Below the pieces are notes generated by a model that was not told the origin of the DNA, searched no databases, and worked only from the letters and a program-made list of their open reading frames with translations. From positions 211-64,210 of the IMG/VR virus record IMGVR_UViG_3300036801_000102: a DNA stretch of 64,000 nt. One strand, 5' to 3'. The DNA comes from a virus. Taxonomy: Duplodnaviria > Caudoviricetes. Of this stretch, positions 8,102-16,684 are shown piece after piece. Position 1 is the first letter of the stretch, and each line of letters starts with the position of its first letter. The position numbers and the translations under genes are program-made.

Positions 8102-11100
8102 ATGACAATTAACTACAGCTACCAGCTCAGGACGAACAAGGTCGCTCAGACTCAGCTGACTATTGGCGGTAGCGGCGTCATGAAAATCTTCAGTGGTGTT
8201 GAGCCGAGTAATTGTGCTGCGGCAGATCCTGCCGGTTTGCTGTGTTCGATCAATTTGCCGGCGACGTTCATGCAGTCTTCTGGCGGCATCGGCACACTTG
8301 TCGGCAGATGGACAGGTGTCGGAATAGCGGTCGGCTCTGCGGCGAGTTTTCGTATTTATGACGGCTCTGGCATCTGTCACATTCAGGGAAATGTCGTGAC
8401 AGACCTTGTGATGGCGTCAACTGCAATCACGGTCGGATTGCCAGTGACAGTCACAGGATTTAGCGTAACTGCCCCTGGTGAGGGGACACCGATCATTCCC
8501 ACCACAGCCACATTGGCGGAGACGGAAGCGAGCGATACTCTGGCGCAGCCTGTGCGCGGCAGCCTGATGGCTACAGAGGTCAGCGACACGATGGGTGGGC
8601 GCCCTGTGACTGGCACCCTTGCGCGGACGGAGGCTGCAGACGTGGTGTCCGCGCAAGGAGGAATCCCGAGCGGGACGCTTGCGAAGTCTTCGGTGAATAT
8701 ACGGTATCTGTCACTCAACGGTAACTGCGTTTTGGCTTGTGGCTCGCATACATGGGATGCTTTCCAGGTCGAGGCTCCGGCAACGCTGACCTATCAGCAG
8801 TGGATCGACAATATTATCGTCCCAGAGATCAATCCTGGACCGAATGCCGTCGGACTTGAACGCATTTGGTTCTGGCATACGTCGCATAGTGATGGAACTC
8901 TTGTTGACAGTCAGGTTCCCTTCATACGAACAGGCCCTGGGACCGCGCATGACGGTGGGCCCAAGTGGGATCTAACCAAATATAATGAGGCACTTTTTAC
9001 GCAGCTTTTGAACTTGGTTAATTATGCTGCCCCGAAGAATATTCACTGCCAGATAGAGTTCTTCCAGATCAGTTCGATAGATCCCGACAGTGTATACAAC
9101 GACGAGAATAATATCAATGGGACCGGAGTGACTGGAGACGGAGAGGCTGACGGATCAAGTACGATTTGCACCAATCTTGAGAAGGCATTTGTTACGCATG
9201 TCGTGACTAAGTTATACAATTCCCCGAACGTGACCTATGAGTTGAACAACGAGACGCATGAGACTGCGGCATCGTTGTCTTGGCTTAACACTATTCTTGG
9301 CACGGTTCATGCTGTCGAAACTAGCTTAGGCGGCATTAGGCATCTCGTGTGCTGTGGTGCTGGTTCTGCTTACGACGGGTCTTCGTGGGGCGGATTGAAT
9401 CCGACATTCCGAATCACTGGCACAGATTATTGTCAGCCGGGCTGGGGCGACTCGTCGCCGTACGATCAGCAGGGAAACTTTGGGGACATTCCTCTTGGTG
9501 GTATGAACGGCAACCAGACTGTCATACTAGACACCGACCACGGGTTGCTTGGGAGCAGCAATACAGATTCGGTGTGGCGTGCGTTGACACGCGGCTGGGG
9601 TGGCTACCTTCACATGGATGTCGGTGGCGGAAATTCGGTAACTGAACCCGCGCAGGCTCCTCTATATCAATTCCTTCCTAGTGATGTGCCTACACGCCTT
9701 GGCATTCTTGGTGTCACGACTGCCGTCAATCTGATCAGCTCGTTGAATGGCATGCAGCCGGCTGACGCCATATGTAGTACAAGCTTTTGTCTCGCGGACA
9801 ACACGCACCTTCAATACATCGCTTATCAGCCAAATGGCGGCTCGTCATTTACACTCAATCTGAGCGCAGCCGCGGGCAACACGCTAGCTGTGACATGGAT
9901 CGACGCAGGTACTGGGTTGAAAATCGGCTCGACAACGAACTACGTAGCAACGTCGTCGACCGCGCAGTCGTTCCTTCCGTTGCCGAATAGTGGATCGGTG
10001 GGAATCGTCCTGTCGCGCACCGTTGCGGCTCCGTCAATCGTAGTGGCCAATCCCGGAAGCCAAGTTGTCAATGTTCAATTCAACATCCAAGCGGCGATCA
10101 ACGGATACTCAAGCGTTCCTCTGCTCCAGTACAGCTTCAATAACGTCGCATGGAATTCGCTTCCCTCCGGCTCTTCGGTGACATCGACACATGCTACAAT
10201 TCCTCTGACTCTCACGACGATCAACACGTACACTGTCTATGTGCGTGACACGAATGCCATCACAGTCAAGGGAAATACAGGTGCATTCAGTGTCGGGAAT
10301 GTCGTGACGGCTACCGGAACCCCATCGCTCGGATGGGGGGCCATGTACATGGGCGCCGGTGGCGCTTACCCTCTTCCATCTCAAATTACGACGACTGCTG
10401 GAACACATCGCACTGCCAACATCAACGGAATAGGAGGCGCTTCGTTCAATGGGCCTCCGTCAAATTACAATGTCTACGATCCGACAGTAGCTGCATCAAC
10501 TAATATGAGCTACTCGGTTCATCTGCTGACAACAGCCGACTCCAGAGGAGGACCAACTACCCCCGCGTTGTGGGTGTCTGGTTCGATCGACTATTATGTG
10601 ACCAACTGGATTGACAGCATGGCCGCGCAAGGCTTTACGGTCCAGAATGGATACACAGGCAAGCTGTTCATACGGATTATCTGGGAACAGAATTATCCCG
10701 GAACGTGTCCAGGGAATTACTGTTCACAGAATGCTAATGGCAGTCAGGTTGGTGGATATGCTTACTGGTTCAATACAGGAAGGAACTCGGCAATCGGTGG
10801 CAGTCCATCGTTGGCGACCGCGAATTCCGGTAATTTTTGGGCATGGCAGCACATCTACAATTTGATGTCGTACAATGTTCCGACATCCTACGCTCGGCAG
10901 AAGGGTGTTCCGTGCTATATTGTGTGGAATCCGACCGTCATTAATTCTGGGGTGACGGAGTTCAACGTTCCGCCTGCTGAGATCATCTGCAATTATCCGG
11001 CGTACATGTACCCTGGTGACCAGTACTGCGATATCCATGCTATCGATATCTACACGAACAACTTCTATCTTACCGATGCCACTGGACCTGATGTCTTCTA

Positions 11101-11680
11101 TACTTATCCTGGCTATGCGAGTCAGCCAGCTTTTACAAGAAACTGGCCAAGAGGGGCGGCGCAACCGCTGGATCAATGGGCTTTTAGTGCTGACAATACC
11201 TGGCACGCGTTCGATTTCTACGATGCTTCTGGTTCATTGCAGGATGGCCTTCCTACCAACGGTCAGGCCGATCCGACAGGCGTGAACAGCAACTGGGGCT
11301 GGAGCGTGTCGAAAGCGGTAGACTTCGCATCGGCGACCGGCACATTTGCTGGCGCCATCGACCCGGTCAGCGGGCAGGCTCGGAAGGTGAAGCCGCTCTG
11401 TGTCTGCGAATGTGGTGCGATCAATACAGGAAACTATGGCTGCGACTTCGGGGGAGGCCATGGGCCTCTCGACGATCCGTCTGGAGCACAGCCGGCGTTC
11501 ATGGGGGGAACTGGTGGCACCACAGACACAACCTTCTGGCAGTACGTGAACTCGAGGTTTGCAGCCGCCCAGGCCAAGGGCGTCGATGTGGTCTATTTCA
11601 TCCCATGGTCATGTGCGACCGGAACCATACAAACCCAGAGAATGTGGACGACGTTTGGACAGGCCTTCCCTGGACTCTGA
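8102..11680 (+). CDS. Multidomain virion glycoside hydrolase: anchor domain, TExxD repeats, clan-A TIM barrel, small beta domain, Ig-like, GH26-like domain
   Basis: YELNNE acid/base motif; YIAYQPNGG..FTLNLS..VTWID (collagen-binding-like); RIIWEQN, YPGDQYCDIHAIDIY and KPLCVCECG (GH26-like). Confidence 0.65.
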   Translation: MTINYSYQLRTNKVAQTQLTIGGSGVMKIFSGVEPSNCAAADPAGLLCSINLPATFMQSSGGIGTLVGRWTGVGIAVGSAASFRIYDGSGICHIQGNVVTDLVMASTAITVGLPVTVTGFSVTAPGEGTPIIPTTATLAETEASDTLAQPVRGSLMATEVSDTMGGRPVTGTLARTEAADVVSAQGGIPSGTLAKSSVNIRYLSLNGNCVLACGSHTWDAFQVEAPATLTYQQWIDNIIVPEINPGPNAVGLERIWFWHTSHSDGTLVDSQVPFIRTGPGTAHDGGPKWDLTKYNEALFTQLLNLVNYAAPKNIHCQIEFFQISSIDPDSVYNDENNINGTGVTGDGEADGSSTICTNLEKAFVTHVVTKLYNSPNVTYELNNETHETAASLSWLNTILGTVHAVETSLGGIRHLVCCGAGSAYDGSSWGGLNPTFRITGTDYCQPGWGDSSPYDQQGNFGDIPLGGMNGNQTVILDTDHGLLGSSNTDSVWRALTRGWGGYLHMDVGGGNSVTEPAQAPLYQFLPSDVPTRLGILGVTTAVNLISSLNGMQPADAICSTSFCLADNTHLQYIAYQPNGGSSFTLNLSAAAGNTLAVTWIDAGTGLKIGSTTNYVATSSTAQSFLPLPNSGSVGIVLSRTVAAPSIVVANPGSQVVNVQFNIQAAINGYSSVPLLQYSFNNVAWNSLPSGSSVTSTHATIPLTLTTINTYTVYVRDTNAITVKGNTGAFSVGNVVTATGTPSLGWGAMYMGAGGAYPLPSQITTTAGTHRTANINGIGGASFNGPPSNYNVYDPTVAASTNMSYSVHLLTTADSRGGPTTPALWVSGSIDYYVTNWIDSMAAQGFTVQNGYTGKLFIRIIWEQNYPGTCPGNYCSQNANGSQVGGYAYWFNTGRNSAIGGSPSLATANSGNFWAWQHIYNLMSYNVPTSYARQKGVPCYIVWNPTVINSGVTEFNVPPAEIICNYPAYMYPGDQYCDIHAIDIYTNNFYLTDATGPDVFYTYPGYASQPAFTRNWPRGAAQPLDQWAFSADNTWHAFDFYDASGSLQDGLPTNGQADPTGVNSNWGWSVSKAVDFASATGTFAGAIDPVSGQARKVKPLCVCECGAINTGNYGCDFGGGHGPLDDPSGAQPAFMGGTGGTTDTTFWQYVNSRFAAAQAKGVDVVYFIPWSCATGTIQTQRMWTTFGQAFPGL

Positions 11681-11683
11681 AAC

Positions 11684-11884
11684 ATGCCCCCACGCGACGC
11701 CTTCTTATCCACTGTGACGCTGTACATCCACAACTGCGAGACGGCCAGTAAAGTCGGATTACACGCCGCAAGAACACTGGATGCCGACGCGGAAGGCTGC
11801 GTCCGATGTTGTGCTTGTAAGAGGCATGCGCCGCTGAGCGAGTGGAGGGTATTCAAGGGATCGACATCAGAAACACCCCGTTGA
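11684..11884 (+). CDS. Small Cys/His protein
   Basis: HNC...CCAC; fills gap between coupled genes. Confidence 0.45.
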   Translation: MPPRDAFLSTVTLYIHNCETASKVGLHAARTLDADAEGCVRCCACKRHAPLSEWRVFKGSTSETPR

Positions 11885-11910
11885 ACACCAACGAATCGTT
11901 GTGCTAGCCG
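11881..11910 (+). promoter_or_regulatory. Repeated late-promoter motif, copy 1 (contains CGAATCG)
   Basis: TTGAACACCAACGAATCGTTGTGCTAG; 24/25 identical to 18789-18813; followed by hairpin CACC-TTTCG-GGTG. Confidence 0.7.
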
Positions 11911-11947
11911 CACCTTTCGGGTGTAGCGTACTCTGTTGGAGGATTGA

Positions 11948-12331
11948 ATGACTTATCAGTATGGCGTGACCCTGCGCACAAACAAGGTTGCACAGATTCA
12001 ACAAACGATCGGCAGCTCGGGCACGCTCAAGATTTTCAGTGGTGCTGAGCCTGCGAACTGTGCAGCCGCAGACCCCGCTGGGCTTCTCTGCACGATCACG
12101 CTGCCTGCGACGTTTCTGACCAGCGCGGCTGGAGTGACGACGATCGCCGGCTCTTGGGCAGCGAATGCGTCGGCGACGGGGACTGCGGCATCCTTCCGGA
12201 TGTATGACGGTTCATCTGTTTGCCACGTGCAGGGCAACGTCACGACCGACCTTGTGCTGAACAGCACGAGCTTGACGAACGGTCAGCAGGTTTCGGTGAC
12301 CTCATTCAGTGTGACAGCCGGCAACGCGTAA
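11948..12331 (+). CDS. Stand-alone ~125 aa anchor-type virion protein
   Basis: LRTNKVAQ..TIG..G.LKIFSG.EP.NCAAADPAGLLC...ASFRMYDGS..CHVQG; three paralogous copies in the window; RBS GGAGG. Confidence 0.75.
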   Translation: MTYQYGVTLRTNKVAQIQQTIGSSGTLKIFSGAEPANCAAADPAGLLCTITLPATFLTSAAGVTTIAGSWAANASATGTAASFRMYDGSSVCHVQGNVTTDLVLNSTSLTNGQQVSVTSFSVTAGNA

Positions 12332-12362
12332 GGAATCCGACAACGGCACGTAGGGGCTCCCA

Positions 12363-14408
12363 GTGCCTGTAGTCTATCTGATTGGCAACGTTGCTAGCGC
12401 AACATGGATGCCGACTAGCACCGGCCCGGCTGTCGTCGAGTATTGGGGCGCAGGAGGGTCTGGAACCTTCGATACTGGTGGTCCTGCCGGCACATACGGT
12501 CGACTGAATGCTTTCAGCCTAACCTCTGGCACTCCGGTCACCTTCAGCCTTGGGACGCCTGGAGCGTCCAATGGAGCGGCTGGCGGTGATACGTGGTGGT
12601 CAAGCCCATCGACTGCCATAGCTCCTGGTGGCGGTTCTGGAACCGTCGCTATCGGCAATCTGGTCAATCCGGGTGGCGCGGGAGGTATCTCCGCAGCGGC
12701 AGGCATTGCGGGCGGTGGTGGTGCTGGCGGCCCCAATGGGGCGGGTGCACCGGGCGGTGCGAGTTCAGACGCCTTTCATTCAGGATCTGGCGGCGGCGGT
12801 TCAAATGGAGGTGGTGCTGGTGGCGTAGCTACGTCTGGCCTGAGCGGCGCTGGCGGCACGAACTTTGCTGGCCAGTCTGGAGGCGCAGCATCGAATAGCA
12901 ACGGCAATCCAGGCGTCAACAATGGCACCGGCGGTAGTGGTGGCTTCTCTGACGGCTCGCTTGCGACTAGCGGCGGTAACGGCGCTGCGGATTTTGACCT
13001 TGGCGGCGGTGGCGGCGGTGCGGGCGGCAACGATGGGTTTGATGCGTCAGGACCTGCCGGTGCTGGCGGAACGCCAGGCGGTGGCTCGTCAGCTGCATAT
13101 TCTGCAGGCGGGACTTCAGGCTCCTTTGCGTCAGGTGGCTGGGCCGAAATCAAGATCACGACGCCTGGCGGTGGCGCGCAGTTCTTCTACTACGGAACAT
13201 ACGTTCCCAACGTAGATACTGGTTTCCTGATTGAGCCCGAGGGCAACGAGGCAGTTGTTGCCACGGCTACAAGTTTCATTGGCGGTGCTCTATCTCAGAG
13301 CGAAGCAAACGACACGCTTATTTCAGCTGCTAGATCGCTTGTTGCTGGATCGCTTGTTGCTGCCGAAGTGGCCGATGCTCTGGTTTCAGCCGGCGCTGTT
13401 ACCGGAAACTTCCTTGTCATTACTGAAGTTGATGATGCGCTTTCGGCCACTGCCGGAGTTCTGATCACTGGTGCTTTTGGTCAGACGGAAATTCCCGATG
13501 CATTGTCGGCCATTGGCCTGCTCATTGGTGCGAACCTTGTCGAGACCGAGGCGTCAGACACGCTGGTAGCAGCTGGTGCTCTGACGATCAGCGGCGGCTC
13601 TCTTGTCGCTCAAGAGGGTGACGACTCGTTATCAGCAACAGCATTGTTGACTGGCATTGTCGCCAATTTCTCGATCACTGAAGTTGATGATGCGGTCTTC
13701 ATTGTCGGGCAGATCACCGGCTCTATTCCAACGACCTCTTTCAATCCATCGACTGCCGACATTGGGTTGTATGTCCTGCATCGTGTTGGCATCGCGCGTA
13801 CGATGGTGACTGCTGATCACCTTGCTGACGTGCAGATGGCAGCAAACTTCGTTTTGTCCGACATGGCGACCACGCAGCCTAACCTGTGGAGTGTCCAGGC
13901 CGAGCAACTGCCACTTTTGCAGGGTGTTCCTACCTACATCCTGCCCTCCAACGTTCTTTTGGTCATGAACGCTTTCATTCGGACGACAATCGGAGGTATC
14001 GAGAACGACCGTGTGATCTTCGGCGTGAGCCGGGATGACTATGCGGCGTATCCTAACAAGCTGCTGCAACAGCCGCCGACCGTCTATTGGGCAGATCGGT
14101 CGGAGCCGATCAAGCTAAACGTGTATCCTGCGCCAGACGGAGAAGGGCCATACACGCTGATCTACTATGCAGTCGAGAGGGACAGCGACGCGGCTGTCGG
14201 TGCTGATACGATCACGTCGCTGCCGTATCGTTTTTTGGCGGCCTTTAAGGATATGCTCGTGGCGGAACTAGCGCCGACATACGCAATGCCAAAATCAGCT
14301 ATGTTTACGCAGATTGCCAAAGAATCTCGGGCACGAGCCATGATGCAAGATCGTGAAATTGTGCCTTTGCATATCACGCCGGGGATATCGAGGTACTATC
14401 GTGGGTAG
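12363..14408 (+). CDS. Head-tail adaptor-like protein with N-terminal Gly-rich domain and ~8 TExxD repeats
   Basis: C-terminal 225 aa (TTSFNP..., QPNLW, LLQGVPTY.LP, SRDDYAAYPNK..P, YPAPD, LPYRFL) resembles the neck protein of this phage group. Confidence 0.65.
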   Translation: MPVVYLIGNVASATWMPTSTGPAVVEYWGAGGSGTFDTGGPAGTYGRLNAFSLTSGTPVTFSLGTPGASNGAAGGDTWWSSPSTAIAPGGGSGTVAIGNLVNPGGAGGISAAAGIAGGGGAGGPNGAGAPGGASSDAFHSGSGGGGSNGGGAGGVATSGLSGAGGTNFAGQSGGAASNSNGNPGVNNGTGGSGGFSDGSLATSGGNGAADFDLGGGGGGAGGNDGFDASGPAGAGGTPGGGSSAAYSAGGTSGSFASGGWAEIKITTPGGGAQFFYYGTYVPNVDTGFLIEPEGNEAVVATATSFIGGALSQSEANDTLISAARSLVAGSLVAAEVADALVSAGAVTGNFLVITEVDDALSATAGVLITGAFGQTEIPDALSAIGLLIGANLVETEASDTLVAAGALTISGGSLVAQEGDDSLSATALLTGIVANFSITEVDDAVFIVGQITGSIPTTSFNPSTADIGLYVLHRVGIARTMVTADHLADVQMAANFVLSDMATTQPNLWSVQAEQLPLLQGVPTYILPSNVLLVMNAFIRTTIGGIENDRVIFGVSRDDYAAYPNKLLQQPPTVYWADRSEPIKLNVYPAPDGEGPYTLIYYAVERDSDAAVGADTITSLPYRFLAAFKDMLVAELAPTYAMPKSAMFTQIAKESRARAMMQDREIVPLHITPGISRYYRG

Positions 14409-14418
14409 TTTCCCTAGA

Positions 14419-14760
14419 ATGGCAAATGGGTTTGCGCGAGTTGATCCTCGAAACCCAATAGCATTTGCTATTTGTGATCGGTGTGGGCAGCGTTACAACA
14501 GAACTGACTTGGTATTTCAATTTGAGTGGCAGGGTGCGCAGCTTCAGAATCTACGTAGGCTGGTTTGTACGCGCAAATGCCTGGATGAACCGAACGAGCA
14601 GCTTCGCTCGTACTCACCTCCGGCCGATCCGGTTCCTGTCCTGAATCCGCGGCCCGACTTGTCCGTGATGACCGGCAGCCATCCAATCTACGAGACCGAT
14701 GTGAACGGCGAGATCATTCTCGATCATCTGGGCAATCCAATCTCTCTCGTGAGACCGTAG
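14419..14760 (+). CDS. Conserved phage zinc-finger protein
   Basis: AFAICDRCGQRY...LVCTRKCLDEP..Q...DP.PV.NPRPD. Confidence 0.7.
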   Translation: MANGFARVDPRNPIAFAICDRCGQRYNRTDLVFQFEWQGAQLQNLRRLVCTRKCLDEPNEQLRSYSPPADPVPVLNPRPDLSVMTGSHPIYETDVNGEIILDHLGNPISLVRP

Positions 14761-14761
14761 A

Positions 14762-15499
14762 ATGGCAACAGGGTTCAACTATCAGACCTACCGGACAGCG
14801 CTGGTGACGCAAATACCATCGCTGGTCACTGATCCGAACTTCCAGACCATTCTGCCAGCCTGCATTGATTATGCCGAGTTGTCAATTCTTCGCGATCTGG
14901 ACTTTCTTGTGCTGCATGGTCCGTTCTCGTTGGGGAATACTATAATCAGCAGTGCGACGCTGCCATTGCCGACGAACTGCATTGTTCTCGAGACGCTGGG
15001 CTACGTGCAACAAGGAACGGTTTCGCCTCTGCCTGCGCCTATTACGCCAGTGAGTCGTGAGTTCATCACAGCCGCTTTCTATGGGGCCATTCCGGGAAAG
15101 CCACGGTACTTTGCTGTCATCGGCGCGGCGTCAGGCAGTGCAGCTCTGACGGGGTGGACGCCTGCGCTCCAGGTGCTCCTGGGACCGACGCCGGATAACA
15201 CCTATGCGATCAGCGGCTATGGGACGGTACGGCCTGATCCTTTATCCTCGTCCAATGTCCAGACGTTCATATCGTTCTATCTACCTGATCTGTTCTGGGC
15301 GGCATCGATGATTTTTCTTGCTGGCTACAATCGGAACTTTGGGGCTCAGAGTGACGATCCCAGACAGGCGATCAGCTGGGAGTCCGAGTATCAGCGGTTG
15401 CTAAAGGGCGCTTCGGTCGAAGAGGCCCGCCGGAAGTACCAAGCGCAGGCGTGGACTGCACAGCAGCCGTCTGCTGTCGCAACTCCACCGAGGGCCTAG
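14762..15499 (+). CDS. Tail tubular/adaptor protein
   Basis: NY..Y..., IP.CIDYAE.SI.RDL, G.PRYFA, LGPTPD..Y, PDL...AS motifs; position. Confidence 0.65.
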   Translation: MATGFNYQTYRTALVTQIPSLVTDPNFQTILPACIDYAELSILRDLDFLVLHGPFSLGNTIISSATLPLPTNCIVLETLGYVQQGTVSPLPAPITPVSREFITAAFYGAIPGKPRYFAVIGAASGSAALTGWTPALQVLLGPTPDNTYAISGYGTVRPDPLSSSNVQTFISFYLPDLFWAASMIFLAGYNRNFGAQSDDPRQAISWESEYQRLLKGASVEEARRKYQAQAWTAQQPSAVATPPRA

Positions 15500-15502
15500 C
15501 CG

Positions 15503-16684
15503 ATGGTGGACACATTCACACCTTCTGGGCGGCTCCAGCTACAGACCTTTGGGGGCAATAACCAGACATGGGGCGGCATTGCTGACACGCAGTACCAGTT
15601 GATTGAATCCATGATAACTGGTGTTGTCACAATCGATCTGACTGGCCTTACCTCTTACTCATTGACCGCAAATAACGGTATTCCGGATCAAGCTCGTCAG
15701 TTGGTCTATGTATTCACTGGCGTATTAGCTGACTCGTGCACCGTGACGATTCCTGGTGTTGTCAAGATTGGCTACGCTCAGAATGATACTTCTGGTGGTT
15801 TTAGTGTAATCTTGCAGGTCAGCGGAATTGGCCAGAATATTGTTATCTCGGCTTCGGACCCAGGTGGCACATGGGTACCGTTTTATTGCGATGGAACCAA
15901 CGTTCTTGTGCCCCCGCTCGTCAGCAAACCGATTCCAGGATTCCTGTTTGGTCTAGGTCTATCCAACAACAGTTCTTTCCCAGGAACGTCTATAAACATC
16001 GCTGGCGGTACCGCTACCGACTCGAATGCCATTTATACTATTAGGCTTCCGTCGAGTGGTATTACCAAAACCCTCACCGGACAATGGACGGCCGGGAGCG
16101 GCCCAGGGATGGGGAATGGCGTTACATTACAGCCGTCTACATGGTACGGTGTTTTTCTAATGCTGACCGCTCAGGGCTTCCCTGACGTATACATTGACAC
16201 ATCGACCGTTGCTAATAACTCTCCTCCTGGCACGATAGCGACGCGCCGCATCGGAATGATAAAGGCAGATACAACTTCTAACATAATACAGTTCTATCAA
16301 AATGGAGATTCATTTGATTGGGTCGCGCCAGTTGATGATTTCGACTTCGAAGGTGGTACAACTGCAACGTGGCAGGATCTGCTGATTACGCTTCCCAGGA
16401 CCCCTCCTATACAATGCATCGGGAAATACAGGGCGTTCTTTCAGTATTCCCTCACAAGCCCCGGCGTGGGAACATTCTATCTTTACCGGGCTGGAGAGCA
16501 GATTATCAATAATGTCCCTAGTGCGATTGCACAAACTGCAGGTGTCCCTACTGCAATGGGATTGGCTCAAATTACAATTGACAATACCAATCAACAAATT
16601 AGAGCACATGCTCAGTTTCCCACAGCAAACAGACTTGGAATATCCACTATCGGATGGATCGATACACGAGGTAGGCTGGGCTAA
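15503..16684 (+). CDS. Tail fibre/spike-type structural protein
   Basis: L.LQ..G.N..TWG N-terminal attachment motif; GLGLSN..., RRIG.I.. fibre domain; lower GC in the 3' part. Confidence 0.6.
   Translation: MVDTFTPSGRLQLQTFGGNNQTWGGIADTQYQLIESMITGVVTIDLTGLTSYSLTANNGIPDQARQLVYVFTGVLADSCTVTIPGVVKIGYAQNDTSGGFSVILQVSGIGQNIVISASDPGGTWVPFYCDGTNVLVPPLVSKPIPGFLFGLGLSNNSSFPGTSINIAGGTATDSNAIYTIRLPSSGITKTLTGQWTAGSGPGMGNGVTLQPSTWYGVFLMLTAQGFPDVYIDTSTVANNSPPGTIATRRIGMIKADTTSNIIQFYQNGDSFDWVAPVDDFDFEGGTTATWQDLLITLPRTPPIQCIGKYRAFFQYSLTSPGVGTFYLYRAGEQIINNVPSAIAQTAGVPTAMGLAQITIDNTNQQIRAHAQFPTANRLGISTIGWIDTRGRLG

Noticed and set aside
7715-12331. Three similar segments as possible DGR template/variable repeats
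   Set aside because: Differences are spread over all bases and mostly at third codon positions, all copies are coding, and no reverse transcriptase is present.
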